Assembly: GCA_028688015.1 (NCBI GenBank)
Contig: JAQTZB010000012.1
Location: 11,268 to 75,267, forward strand
DNA: 64,000 nt
Source: Elusimicrobiales bacterium
Lineage (GTDB): Bacteria > Elusimicrobiota > Elusimicrobia > Elusimicrobiales > UBA9959
Reading direction: 5' to 3'
Under the pieces are notes generated by a model. The model made no database searches, was not told where the DNA came from, and saw nothing but the letters and a program-made list of their open reading frames with translations. Of the stretch, positions 37,110-46,131 are shown piece by piece. Made by a program: the position numbers and the translations under genes. Position 1 is the first letter of the stretch; the number at the start of each line of letters is the position of its first letter.

Positions 37110-38592
37110 AAAAGAACGCTCCGTATAGCTGCGGCATGCGCGAAACGTAAGGCGTAAAATGCAATTTCCTGTTGATGCCGTAAACCGCCGTTTTCTGGTA
37201 GGTAAAAACGCTCATCGCGTTGTCGTAAACGTATCTGTCGAGGTCCTCCGCCAACTGCCTGGACCGCCCCGTATCCGACGCGGACATCATGCCCGTCAGC
37301 AGGTCATCGAACCTGGCGTCCCCGCCCCAGGCGTACGGCGACTTGGAGAACAGGACTATCCACTGGATGAAACTGGCGTGGCATAACGGGTCAGGCACGT
37401 CCGCAGTGAACATGCCGTACCTGCCGCTCCTGAATTCGGCTATCATCTCGGCGTCGGAGACCAGGGTTATCCGCAGTTTCACTCCGACCTTCCCGAGGTC
37501 CGCGGCGATGATGTTCCCGAAACGCTCTGCGTTCTTCTTGACGAGGAACTCCATTGTGAAGCCGTCCGGATAGCCGGCCTCGGCCAGCAGCCTCTTCGCC
37601 TTGGCCGGATCGTAGGCGTAGGGTTTCAGCGACGGATCATGCCCCATCTCCCCCGGCATGCTCAGCGTAGCTATAGGACTGCCGTTTCCAAGGAGATCAT
37701 AGCGGATCAGATTTGCCTTGTTCACGGCATGGTTCAGCGCTTTCCGCACTTTTACGCTGCTCAAAGGCCCCGACGACAGGTTAAGCGAGAAAGGCATGGT
37801 GTAGAAGGAAGCCTTCTTTACCACCGAGAGGTCAGGCCGGGACTTGACCTTCAGGGTCTGCGTGCCGGGCAGGTCGGTCAGCAGGTCTATCTCGCCGGCG
37901 AGCAGCGCTTCTACCTGCTTCGCCGAGGGAATGAACTTAAAGACCAGACCGTCCACCTTCGGATAACCAGCAAGCCAATAATTCTTGTTAGCCGCCAGTT
38001 CGATCCTCTCTCCCTTTACCCAGTCTTGGAACACGAACGCCCCCGTGCCGACCGGATGCCGGGCAAAATGATCGCCGCCCTTCTCCTTCAGATACTTCGG
38101 CGGGACTATCAGGATCAGCCCGGCAAGCCGGTTAAGCAGGATGGCGTCCGGACGTTTCGTGACTATGTCCACGGTATACTGGTCCACGACTTCCGCACGG
38201 CTAATGGAATCGATAAAATACATGGCGGGAAAGCCGGTGGCCGGGTCCAGGTACCTTTCGATACTGAACCGGACCGCTTCGGAATCGAAGGGCTCGCCGT
38301 TATGGAACGCGACCCCGTGCCGAAGATGGAAGCGCATGCGGTCGCTTTCGACCCGCTCCCAGGAAACGGCCAGGGCGGGCTCTATCTTCCCGTCCGGGTC
38401 GAAACGGACCAGCCCGTCGAAGATCTGCCAGCAGACCGTATAATTTTTTTCGGAGAACTGCTTCAGAGGGTCCAGGGTCATAGGGTCCGAGACGTCGTCG
38501 CAGACGTTGAGGACCCGGCAGAAAGCCGGGGACGCGGCAAGCAGGGCCTGCAGCAGGCAGAAAAGAGCTGTCTTAACGGAGGCGGTCTTCAT
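37099..38592 (-). CDS. ABC-type solute-binding protein, family 5 (peptide/nickel type). It is an orphan: no permease or ATPase gene is nearby.
   Basis: Signal peptide. The length and pattern DPMTLDP...FDGLVRFDPDGKIEPALAVSWE are typical of SBP_bac_5. Confidence 0.8.
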   Translation of the reverse strand: MKTASVKTALFCLLQALLAASPAFCRVLNVCDDVSDPMTLDPLKQFSEKNYTVCWQIFDGLVRFDPDGKIEPALAVSWERVESDRMRFHLRHGVAFHNGEPFDSEAVRFSIERYLDPATGFPAMYFIDSISRAEVVDQYTVDIVTKRPDAILLNRLAGLILIVPPKYLKEKGGDHFARHPVGTGAFVFQDWVKGERIELAANKNYWLAGYPKVDGLVFKFIPSAKQVEALLAGEIDLLTDLPGTQTLKVKSRPDLSVVKKASFYTMPFSLNLSSGPLSSVKVRKALNHAVNKANLIRYDLLGNGSPIATLSMPGEMGHDPSLKPYAYDPAKAKRLLAEAGYPDGFTMEFLVKKNAERFGNIIAADLGKVGVKLRITLVSDAEMIAEFRSGRYGMFTADVPDPLCHASFIQWIVLFSKSPYAWGGDARFDDLLTGMMSASDTGRSRQLAEDLDRYVYDNAMSVFTYQKTAVYGINRKLHFTPYVSRMPQLYGAFFYEE

Positions 38593-38631
38593 AGTTGTCT
38601 TACTTACTTGCGCGGCCGCGGTGTCCTGGGC

Positions 38632-40386
38632 CTATGTCTGCGCGGTTTTCACCAGCTCTGCGGCAGCGATCTTGTCGAACGTCTTCATCCTGTTGCCCAT
38701 CGGCGGCGTCTCGAACAGGTCCACCTCGGCCTCTATAACGCAAGGCCCGCCGCTCTTGAGGGCCTCCTGCAGGCACGCCTTCACTTCCCCGGGCTTTGTC
38801 GCCAGGAAAGCCCGCGCGCCCAGGCCTTTGGCTATCCCGGCTATATCCAGTTTTTTTCCGTAGAGGCTGCACGTGAATTTGTCGCCGAACAGCATCCTCT
38901 CCCCGTGGTAGATCATGCCGCAGCCGCCGTTGTTGAGCACCAGCCAGATCACCGGCAGCCCCAGGTCCACGGCGGTGTGCACCTCCATGCCGTTCATGGC
39001 GAAGGCGGCGTCGCCCACCAGGGCCACGGCGTTGCTGCCGGGACGGGCGAGTTTGCCGCCTATGCAGGCGGCCGTCCCGTGCCCCATCGAGAACAGCCCC
39101 GTGTTCACGAAGAAATTCCCCGGCTCGCGCGAGCAGAAATAGTGGAAGGCCCAGAACACCGACGTCCCGGCATCCACGAAGAGCATCGTATCAGCCGGCA
39201 GGACCTCCTGCAGTTCCCGGATCACCCGCTGCGGCTTCAGCGGGGTAGTCTCGGAGTCCATTTTTTCCGGGTCCAGCCAGCGCGGGGTGGCCGCCTTGAA
39301 ATCCCTGATCTGCTGCGTGGACGGCCCCTCGGGCCCGGCCAGCCAGCGCACGTCGCGCTCCACCTGGAAATTAAGCTCCTTCAGCGCCGCCCGGGCGTCG
39401 CCCAGGATACCGTGCGTAGCCGAGTAGTTCTTGCTGATCTCCTGCGGGTCTATATCTATCTGTATGAGCGCTTTTTGCGGCTGCAGCCGGGGATCCCAGC
39501 CGCAGGTGGACGCCTCTCCCAGGCTGGCGCCCACGGTCAGCAGCACGTCCACCTCGCCGGACAGCAGGTATTTTTCCGCCTGCAGCGACGAGCCGAAGCC
39601 CAGGACTCCCAGCGAAAGCAGGTGGTTTTCCGGGAACGCCCCCTTGGCCTTGGGCGAAGTGGCCACGGGGATATTCAGTTTCTCGGCCAGCTTTTTCAGT
39701 TCCTCGCAGGCCCCGGCCAGGTTCACGCCACTACCCGCCAGTATGGCCGGCCGCCTGGCGTTCACCAGTTCCCGGGAGGCCGCTTTTATGGCTTCCCGGT
39801 CGAACTGCCCCGACGTTATCCTGTATTTAGAGGAAGGGACCACGCAGTACCGGACCGGTCTTTTCATGAAGTCCATCGGGAAATTAATATGCACCGGCCC
39901 CCGCCTGCCGCTCATGGCCGTCCTGAGCGCGGCCCTTATCACATCCCCGGTCTTTTCCGCCGACGGTATCATTATGCTGCTCTTGGTGACGGGCTTAAGC
40001 ATATCCACCACGTCCACGCCGTGGCAGGAGCTTTCCTGGAAGGCCCCTTTGCCGAAGGACGAGGTGGACACCTGCCCGGTGATGACGAGCAGCGGGATGG
40101 AGTCGGCGTAGGCGCAGGCTATGCCGGTTATCAGGTTGGTCACGCCGGGCCCCGTGGTGGAACAGCAGACCCCCAGCTTCCCGCTGGCCCTGGCGTAGCC
40201 GTCGGCCATGAAGGCCGCGCCGCCCTCGTGCTTGGCCAGGACGGCCTTTATACCGCCCAGGTCGTACATGGCCTCGTAAAAGTTTATCAAGGCGCCGCCC
40301 GGAATGCCGAAGACATATTCCACGCCCTCGCCCTTGAGATACTCCACCAGCAGCCTGACAGCGGTGGTCTCTTTAGCCGTAGTCAT
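38632..40386 (-). CDS. Thiamine-diphosphate-dependent enzyme of the acetolactate synthase large-subunit family.
   Basis: VEYVFGIPGGALINFYEA...HEGGAAFMADGYARASGKLGVCCSTTGPGVTNL and C-terminal GDAAFAMNGMEVHTA. No ilvN or ilvC is adjacent. Confidence 0.85.
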   Translation of the reverse strand: MTTAKETTAVRLLVEYLKGEGVEYVFGIPGGALINFYEAMYDLGGIKAVLAKHEGGAAFMADGYARASGKLGVCCSTTGPGVTNLITGIACAYADSIPLLVITGQVSTSSFGKGAFQESSCHGVDVVDMLKPVTKSSIMIPSAEKTGDVIRAALRTAMSGRRGPVHINFPMDFMKRPVRYCVVPSSKYRITSGQFDREAIKAASRELVNARRPAILAGSGVNLAGACEELKKLAEKLNIPVATSPKAKGAFPENHLLSLGVLGFGSSLQAEKYLLSGEVDVLLTVGASLGEASTCGWDPRLQPQKALIQIDIDPQEISKNYSATHGILGDARAALKELNFQVERDVRWLAGPEGPSTQQIRDFKAATPRWLDPEKMDSETTPLKPQRVIRELQEVLPADTMLFVDAGTSVFWAFHYFCSREPGNFFVNTGLFSMGHGTAACIGGKLARPGSNAVALVGDAAFAMNGMEVHTAVDLGLPVIWLVLNNGGCGMIYHGERMLFGDKFTCSLYGKKLDIAGIAKGLGARAFLATKPGEVKACLQEALKSGGPCVIEAEVDLFETPPMGNRMKTFDKIAAAELVKTAQT

Positions 40387-40964
40387 AGGGCTTTATCCTG
40401 TTTACCACGCAGGGTATTTATCCGTTCAAGCAGTTCCGACGGAGGAAAGGGTTTTTTCAGCAGGCACTCGGTGTTGCGCTCGAGGTATTCCTCCTGCTCC
40501 TCGGTAAGCTGCTTGCCCGTAACGGATATGATCTTTAGATCGGCGGTGTCGGGGTTGCGCCGCAGCGCCTTGCAGACCTCCACCCCGTCCATGTCCGGCA
40601 TCACCACGTCCAGGATGACCAGGTCGAAATGTTTCTTGCCCAGCAGCAGCAGGGCCGCCATGCCGCGCTCCGCCATGTGCAGTTCTATCTCTGAAGCGTG
40701 CTCGTCGAACAGCTTGCGCATCATGGAGAGCATGACCTTTTCATCGTCCACCACCAGCACCCGGTAACGGGGATCCTCCAGCGAAGCCGGGACAGGCATA
40801 CTGAAGCGTTTCAGGAAATCCAGAAGGTCGGCCTTTTCTATGCGCCTGTGCCCGCCTGGGGTTTCATGGGCCTTGATCTTGCCTTCGCCTATCCACCTGA
40901 TGACGGTGGTATGCGCCACGCTGCAGATCTCGGCTGTTTGCGAAGTGGTATAGAATTTTTTCAT
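40383..40964 (-). CDS. Response regulator with an N-terminal excisionase/MerR-type HTH and a C-terminal REC.
   Basis: Start MKKFYTTSQTAEICSVAHTTVIRWIGEGKI is preceded by GGAGA. REC: VLVVDDE...DLVILDVVMPDMDG. 4-nt overlap with the TPP enzyme gene. Confidence 0.75.
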   Translation of the reverse strand: MKKFYTTSQTAEICSVAHTTVIRWIGEGKIKAHETPGGHRRIEKADLLDFLKRFSMPVPASLEDPRYRVLVVDDEKVMLSMMRKLFDEHASEIELHMAERGMAALLLLGKKHFDLVILDVVMPDMDGVEVCKALRRNPDTADLKIISVTGKQLTEEQEEYLERNTECLLKKPFPPSELLERINTLRGKQDKAL

Positions 40965-41001
40965 ATTCTCCAAATTACCGCGTACCGACAACACCCACCA
41001 T

Positions 41002-41055
41002 GTTAAATGTGTTAGTTGCGTTAGTTATGTTAGGTATGTTAGATATGTTAGTATA
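41002..41055. repeat. Six tandem 9-bp direct repeats, GTTAG plus a 4-nt spacer (CTAAC on the minus strand).
   Basis: gttaaatgt gttagttgc gttagttat gttaggtat gttagatat gttagtata. Confidence 0.85.
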
Positions 41056-41078
41056 GCAGAGGAACAGCGAGTAGTCAA
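41050..41078 (-). promoter_or_regulatory. Sigma70-like promoter TTGACT-17 nt-TATACT for the HTH-REC operon.
   Basis: On the minus strand, ttgact is at 41078-41073 and tatact at 41055-41050. The -10 is the first unit of the 9-bp repeat array. Confidence 0.45.
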
Positions 41079-41214
41079 CCCCCGGAAAACAAAAAAGCCC
41101 TCCCGGCAGGCCCTTTTTCCAAAGGTTTTACTGACTGCGTTGATATTTTCTGGCTGCCCCCGACATACAACCGTGGCGCCTTCGGGCAACAAAATAAGGA
41201 ACGCCCATCAGGCT

Positions 41215-41571
41215 TCAGTACAGCCCTTTCTCCAGCAGTTCGTCGTCGTCCATGCCGAAGTAATGGGCCAGCTCGTGCAGCAGGGTGTGGCGGATCCTGG
41301 CGGCGACGCCGCGGCGCGTCTTCACGCCGGCTTCCAGGTTATTTTTGAAAAGGGTGATCTTGTCGGGCAGGGCGCCGTTGTAACCCTGGCCGCGGTCCGG
41401 CAGCGGCACGCCCTCGTAGAGGCCGTAGAGGCCGGGGCCGAAGCGCCGCTCCTGCTCCCGCGTGGGCGCGGCCCGCACCAGCAGCACGATGTTATCCAGG
41501 CTGGCCCGGAATTCGCGCGGCAGGGCCTCTACCACCTCCCAGGCCAGCCCCTCGAATTCCTCCGTGGTCAT
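41215..41571 (-). CDS. Small zincin-like metallopeptidase family protein.
   Basis: HELAHYFG (HExxH) near the C-terminus. 118 aa. The pattern is recalled from the Zincin_1 / DUF1025-type family. Confidence 0.65.
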   Translation of the reverse strand: MTTEEFEGLAWEVVEALPREFRASLDNIVLLVRAAPTREQERRFGPGLYGLYEGVPLPDRGQGYNGALPDKITLFKNNLEAGVKTRRGVAARIRHTLLHELAHYFGMDDDELLEKGLY

Positions 41572-41574
41572 GGT

Positions 41575-42003
41575 TTATTTAGAGATGAAGTAGATGCCGC
41601 CGGTCAGCAGCAGCGTGCCGAACAGCTTGTTAAGCGTGAAGCTCTCACCGAGGAACAGCACCGCCATCACGAAGGTGACGAACGGGTAGGTGGAGGAGAG
41701 CGGCACTATCTTCATGGCCTCGCCGCCCGACAGGGCCTTCAGGTAAAAGAACACGCCCGCCATGGAGACTACCGCGCTGGAAACCACGAAGATGGGCCCC
41801 AGCTTGTCGGAGCCCAGCAGCGCCTGCTTGGTCTGGTTGTATTTCCACAGCACGAGCGGGACGAACAGAAAGATCATGAACAGCGTGCGCACGTAGAAGG
41901 CGCCGGAGGGGTCCATGTGCTTGAGGCAGGCCTTGTCGAAGAAGGCGCCGAGGCCCCAGCCCAGGATGGCCAGCAGCAGGAAGATTACGGTTGAAAGTTC
42001 CAT
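41575..42003 (-). CDS. Small EamA/DMT-like membrane protein.
   Basis: Internal start MELSTVIFLLLAILGWGLGAFF is chosen because the longer ORF would overlap the upstream gene. Four to five hydrophobic helices. Confidence 0.6.
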   Translation of the reverse strand: MELSTVIFLLLAILGWGLGAFFDKACLKHMDPSGAFYVRTLFMIFLFVPLVLWKYNQTKQALLGSDKLGPIFVVSSAVVSMAGVFFYLKALSGGEAMKIVPLSSTYPFVTFVMAVLFLGESFTLNKLFGTLLLTGGIYFISK

Positions 42004-42065
42004 TGGTCTCCGTGAAAAGAGGGCCGCACTTCCGGCCCTCTCCCGATCAAAGCCGCGCGCGGTTT

Positions 42066-43262
42066 TTACGGCGGCGGCATCTGGCCGGGCAGTTCCGCCG
42101 CGGCGAAAGGCTTCTTGAGGTACTTCTCTATCGATTCCGAAAAACCCCACTCGTCCTTGTAGGTCCTGGCCTCTTTGTAGTACGCCAGCGCCTTGTCGCG
42201 CAGGCCCTGCAGGTCGTACACGTTGCCCAGGCGGACTATGGCCCAGACGCCCCAGCGCGCAGGGTGCGCCTTGGGATCCTCTTTAAGCGTGGCGGCGGCG
42301 CGGGCGAAATAGTCGGCGGCCTCTGCGTATTTTTTCTCCACCAGGTAGGTGGTGGCGATGGCCGTCAGCACGCGCGGCAGGTAGCGGCGGCGGTAAGGAG
42401 CCCGGCCCTCGTTGACCGCCTTCAGGTACTCCAGCGCTTCCTTGCGCGATTCCCCGTACTGCTTGTCCTCGTAAAGGGAAACTATCTCCACGAAATGCAT
42501 CTGCGGGTGGTTCGGGTAGGCCGCGCGCAGCTCCTTGGACCACTTCACCGCCCGCTCGGAATTCACGTAGGGGCTATTGGTGGTGGTGTAGATCTCTATC
42601 AGCAGCAGTTTGGCGGCCAGCGCGTTGAAATAGCCTTTCTCCTTGCAGGTCTCCAGCATCTCTATGCCCTTGCGCGCATCACCCTTCATCAGCAGTTTGG
42701 CCAGCACCTTGATGACCCCGTGCAGCGTGCCGGCGTAATACTCGTACATCCCGAGGCCCAGGTAGGCGTCGTAAAGTTCGGGGTCTATTTTCAGCGAATT
42801 GCGGGTGTAGGACAGCGCCTTGCGCCCGTCGAAATAGGCCTTGATCCAGCGGTGCTGCAGCACGGCCAGCCGCGCCCGCAGCCCGTACATGCCGCCCAGG
42901 CACAGGTTGGCGTTAGCGTCGCCCGGGTGCTTCTTCAGCCAGGCCTTGCCTATGACGATGGCCTCGTCGGTCATCTTCTCGTACTCTTTCTCCAGCGCCG
43001 GGTCCGATTCGTCTTCCAGATACTCGAGCGTCGCCCACTTTGTCATGGCCATGCCGAAGTGCGGGTAAGGATGCTCGGGATGTTTCTCCATGGCGGCCGA
43101 GAAGTGCTTGACGGCTTCGGGGATATCCACGGCGTAGATGGCCTCTATGCCTTTTTTGGAGAGCAGCCTGAGGTCCTCCGGCAGCGGCTCTGACACAGGG
43201 GCCGCTGCGGAAGCGGCGGCGGCGCAGAGGGCGAAAACGGCGGTCAGCAGGAATTTCTTCAT
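42066..43262 (-). CDS. Secreted TPR-like repeat protein (hypothetical).
   Basis: Signal peptide MKKFLLTAVFALCAAAASAAA followed by helical-repeat composition. Confidence 0.55.
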   Translation of the reverse strand: MKKFLLTAVFALCAAAASAAAPVSEPLPEDLRLLSKKGIEAIYAVDIPEAVKHFSAAMEKHPEHPYPHFGMAMTKWATLEYLEDESDPALEKEYEKMTDEAIVIGKAWLKKHPGDANANLCLGGMYGLRARLAVLQHRWIKAYFDGRKALSYTRNSLKIDPELYDAYLGLGMYEYYAGTLHGVIKVLAKLLMKGDARKGIEMLETCKEKGYFNALAAKLLLIEIYTTTNSPYVNSERAVKWSKELRAAYPNHPQMHFVEIVSLYEDKQYGESRKEALEYLKAVNEGRAPYRRRYLPRVLTAIATTYLVEKKYAEAADYFARAAATLKEDPKAHPARWGVWAIVRLGNVYDLQGLRDKALAYYKEARTYKDEWGFSESIEKYLKKPFAAAELPGQMPPP

Positions 43263-44527
43263 ATGGTCAGTTTATCCGTCCCTACGTATTTGCGCAGGGC
43301 CTCCGGCAGCGCCACCGTACCGTCGGCCTGCTGGAACTGCTCGAGTATCGCCGGGAACAGCCGGCTGGTGGCCAGGCAGGAGCCGTTGAGGGTGTGCAGC
43401 AGTTCGTTCTTGCCGGTGGCCGCGCGCTTGAAGCGCATGCTCCCGCGGCGGGCCTGGTAGTCGTGGGCGTTGGAAACAGAGCTGACTTCCTTGTAGCACT
43501 TCATGCTGGGGATCCAGACCTCGATGTCGTAGGTGCGGGCCATACTGGCGCTGCAGTCCTTGGCGGCCAGCTTGACCAGCCGGTAATGCAGGCCGAGGGC
43601 CTGCATGACGGCCTCCACGTGGCCCACCATCTCGTCGAAGGCGGCCGGAGAATCTTCGGGCCGCGTGAACTGGATCAGCTCCACCTTGTTGAACTGGTGG
43701 CCGCGGATCATACCGCGCTCGTTGGAGCCGTAGCCGCCGGCTTCCTTGCGGTAGCACGGGGAATAGGCGAAATATTTCCTGGGCAGTTCGTCCTCTTTAA
43801 GGATCTCGTCGCGGTGCAGGCTGATCAGCGCCGTCTCTGCGGTGGGCAGCAGGAATTGCGTCTTGTCAGGGGCGCCGGCCAGCAGGAACACGTCGTCCTT
43901 GAACTTGGGGAACTGGCCCGCGGTGTAGCCGCACTCGTAATTGAGGATGTGCGGCGGCAGGGTGAAAGAGTAGCCGTTGGCCAGGTGCGTCTCCACGAAC
44001 AGGTTCAGCAGCCCCCACTCGAGGCGCGCGCCGAGGTCGCGGTAGACCCAGAAGCCGGTGCCGCCCAGCTTAACGCCGCGCTCGTAGTCGACGAGGCCGA
44101 GGTCCTTGCAGAGCGCCAGGTGGTCCTTGGCCTGGAAAGCGAACTCGGGCTTCTTGCCCCACTCGCGCAGCACGGCGTTGTTTTCCTTCCCCCCGGCGAC
44201 CACGTCGTCGGCGGGCAGGTTGGGCAGGCCGGCCATGAGGCCGTTCAGCTCGGCCTCCACGGTCGCGGCTTCCGCGTCGATAGCCTTGATGCGGGCCGCG
44301 ATCTCCTTCATCTCGGAGAAAACGGCCTGCTGCGCGGCCTGGTCCAGCTTCTTGACGCCGGCGGAGGCGGCGTTCTTCTTCATCTTGAGGGCGTCGGCCT
44401 CGACGATGAGCGCGCGGCGCTTCTTGTCTAGCTCGAGCACCGGGGCGAGGTCCACGGTATCGAGGCGCTTGGACAGGGCCAGGGCGACCTTGGCCGCATC
44501 GGTCCGGATCAGGTTGATATCGAGCAT
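43259..44527 (-). CDS. serS: Seryl-tRNA synthetase.
   Basis: MLDINLIRTD... coiled-coil N-terminus and class II motifs (PCYRKEAG, GSCLATSR). Confidence 0.93.
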   Translation of the reverse strand: MLDINLIRTDAAKVALALSKRLDTVDLAPVLELDKKRRALIVEADALKMKKNAASAGVKKLDQAAQQAVFSEMKEIAARIKAIDAEAATVEAELNGLMAGLPNLPADDVVAGGKENNAVLREWGKKPEFAFQAKDHLALCKDLGLVDYERGVKLGGTGFWVYRDLGARLEWGLLNLFVETHLANGYSFTLPPHILNYECGYTAGQFPKFKDDVFLLAGAPDKTQFLLPTAETALISLHRDEILKEDELPRKYFAYSPCYRKEAGGYGSNERGMIRGHQFNKVELIQFTRPEDSPAAFDEMVGHVEAVMQALGLHYRLVKLAAKDCSASMARTYDIEVWIPSMKCYKEVSSVSNAHDYQARRGSMRFKRAATGKNELLHTLNGSCLATSRLFPAILEQFQQADGTVALPEALRKYVGTDKLTI

Positions 44528-44545
44528 GGGCGAACTCCGGGAACT

Positions 44546-45079
44546 TTAAGGTTTAAGGATCTCTATCACCGACTCCCGCATGATGGCGGCGGGCTCGTCC
44601 CCCTGGCGGGGGCTCAGCATGACTTCCAGCTTCAGCGCGGTGGGCGAGAAGCCGCTGTTGCGCAGCTTGTTGAGCTGGCCCTGCAGTTCGAAGCGGATGA
44701 CGCGGGCCTGCTTTTCGGAAGACGGGTTCACCCGGGAGACGCGGACTTCCTCGGTGTAGAAAGGTACACCCCAGAAGGCCTTCTCGGGAGCGTCTCCGGT
44801 TTTCTGCAGGCGCAGGCGCAGCGCGTAGCGCAGCACCAGGCCCTCGGCCGCCTTGGGAGAGGGGTTGCGCAGGGTGACGGCGGCGCGCAGGTAGTCGGTA
44901 AATTTAATTTCCGGCGCCGCGCGCAGCTCTGCGACGGGGGCGTAGGGAGTGCGGTTCTTGCCCTGCAGGCGCGACAGCTCCCAGTCTATGCGGATCAGCT
45001 CCACCTGGGCCGCGGAAGGCGCGGCGGCGGCGGCGAAAAGGGCGCAGGCGAGGACTAAGGGGGCGGGGTTGATGCGCAT
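44546..45079 (-). CDS. Secreted hypothetical protein.
   Basis: Signal peptide MRINPAPLVLACALFAAAAAPSAAQ. No recognised motif. Confidence 0.45.
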   Translation of the reverse strand: MRINPAPLVLACALFAAAAAPSAAQVELIRIDWELSRLQGKNRTPYAPVAELRAAPEIKFTDYLRAAVTLRNPSPKAAEGLVLRYALRLRLQKTGDAPEKAFWGVPFYTEEVRVSRVNPSSEKQARVIRFELQGQLNKLRNSGFSPTALKLEVMLSPRQGDEPAAIMRESVIEILKP

Positions 45080-45101
45080 GTTGTTCTCCGTTGGGGCCGG
45101 C

Positions 45102-45704
45102 TTAAGCCCCGGGCTCGAGCGCGGCCGCCAGCGCGGCCTCCATGTTGGCCGGGATGACGGTTATGACTTCGCTGCGGGTAACGGTGTTGTCGCACTGCAG
45201 GCTCAGCGTCACGGTAACCAGGCTGTACTTGCCGGCGCGGTCCAGCGAGGCCCACAAGGCCTCCAGCAGGAAAGGGATCTCACCCTGCACGCACTTGGGC
45301 GCGGAAGGAATGAAGCTGCGCTTGAGCGAATTGGAAAGGGAACTGATCAGGGAATTGAGGATGATGTTGCCCAACTCGGAGAGCAGCAGTTCCTGCGCCT
45401 GGTTGAGGTTGGGCAGCTTGGAGAAGGAAAAGCCCAGGAAACCGCGGGACAGGATTTCTATGTCGTCGGGCCGGAAGACCACCATCGAGGTGAACGGGTA
45501 CTCGCCCTTGATCTCGAAGTAGACGGCCGCGCTGGTGGCGCCGCCGGAGGCGTGCTCTTTTACCGCCTCGTCCATGCTGCGCAGCGAAACGCTTGCCTCG
45601 GCCACGCTCCACTTGCCCGCGGAGATGCGCGACAGCTTGGCGACGCACTTCTCCAGCGCCGCCACCGCCACCCGTTCCAGCATTTTCCCGGCTTTTACGT
45701 CCAT
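45102..45704 (-). CDS. CheC/CheX-like protein (putative CheY-P phosphatase family).
   Basis: LSELGNIILNSL contains an ExxN-type CheC-like motif. It is adjacent to a CheY-like gene with a 2-nt gap. Confidence 0.55.
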   Translation of the reverse strand: MDVKAGKMLERVAVAALEKCVAKLSRISAGKWSVAEASVSLRSMDEAVKEHASGGATSAAVYFEIKGEYPFTSMVVFRPDDIEILSRGFLGFSFSKLPNLNQAQELLLSELGNIILNSLISSLSNSLKRSFIPSAPKCVQGEIPFLLEALWASLDRAGKYSLVTVTLSLQCDNTVTRSEVITVIPANMEAALAAALEPGA

Positions 45705-45706
45705 TA

Positions 45707-46060
45707 TCAGGCGAGGCCTTTCATCAGGGTCTTAAAATCTTCGAACGAGAACGGCTTGCGCAGGATCGCGGTCACGCCCTTGTCGGCCAGCCGCCTGTCT
45801 ATCTCTTCCTGCTCCACCGCCGTTATCACTACTACGCGCGCCGTCGGGTTGATGGCCCGCAAATCCTCCAGGATCTCCACGCCGGACTTGCCCGGCAGGA
45901 TCAGGTCCAGAAAGACCACGTCCGGCTGCTGCTCGCGGAAAAACTTCACCGCGTCTTCCGAGTTCTCGGCTTCCGCCACCACCTGGTGCCCCAGCTTCTC
46001 GAGCAGGGACTTTATGGTGTAGCGGGTAAGCGCGTTATCTTCGACCAGCAAAACCTTCAT
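45707..46060 (-). CDS. CheY-like single-domain response regulator.
   Basis: KVLLVEDN...DVVFLDLILPGKSG...ITAV...LRKPF. Confidence 0.85.
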   Translation of the reverse strand: MKVLLVEDNALTRYTIKSLLEKLGHQVVAEAENSEDAVKFFREQQPDVVFLDLILPGKSGVEILEDLRAINPTARVVVITAVEQEEIDRRLADKGVTAILRKPFSFEDFKTLMKGLA

Positions 46061-46082
46061 ATGCTCCCCCTGTTGAGTAAAC

Positions 46083-46116
46083 CGCGCCGGGACAAACCCC
46101 CGAATGTCCCGGCGCG
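46083..46116 (-). terminator. 10-bp GC hairpin downstream of metK; possible terminator with a weak U-tract.
   Basis: cgcgccggga (46083-46092) pairs with tcccggcgcg (46107-46116). Confidence 0.35.
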
Positions 46117-46131
46117 TGTTTCACGCCCTGT

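Noticed and set aside
37639-40767. 1042-aa + strand ORF spanning the SBP, TPP-enzyme and regulator genes.
   Set aside because: It has low-complexity R/G/H/P-rich composition. The opposite strand encodes three proteins with clear family signatures and overlapping start/stop coupling.
41002-41055. The 9-bp tandem repeats as a CRISPR array or microsatellite.
   Set aside because: The units are far too short and there are no unique spacers, which rules out CRISPR. The conserved 5-nt core with variable 4-nt spacers, plus the promoter overlap, argues for binding sites rather than simple slippage. Slippage is not fully excluded.
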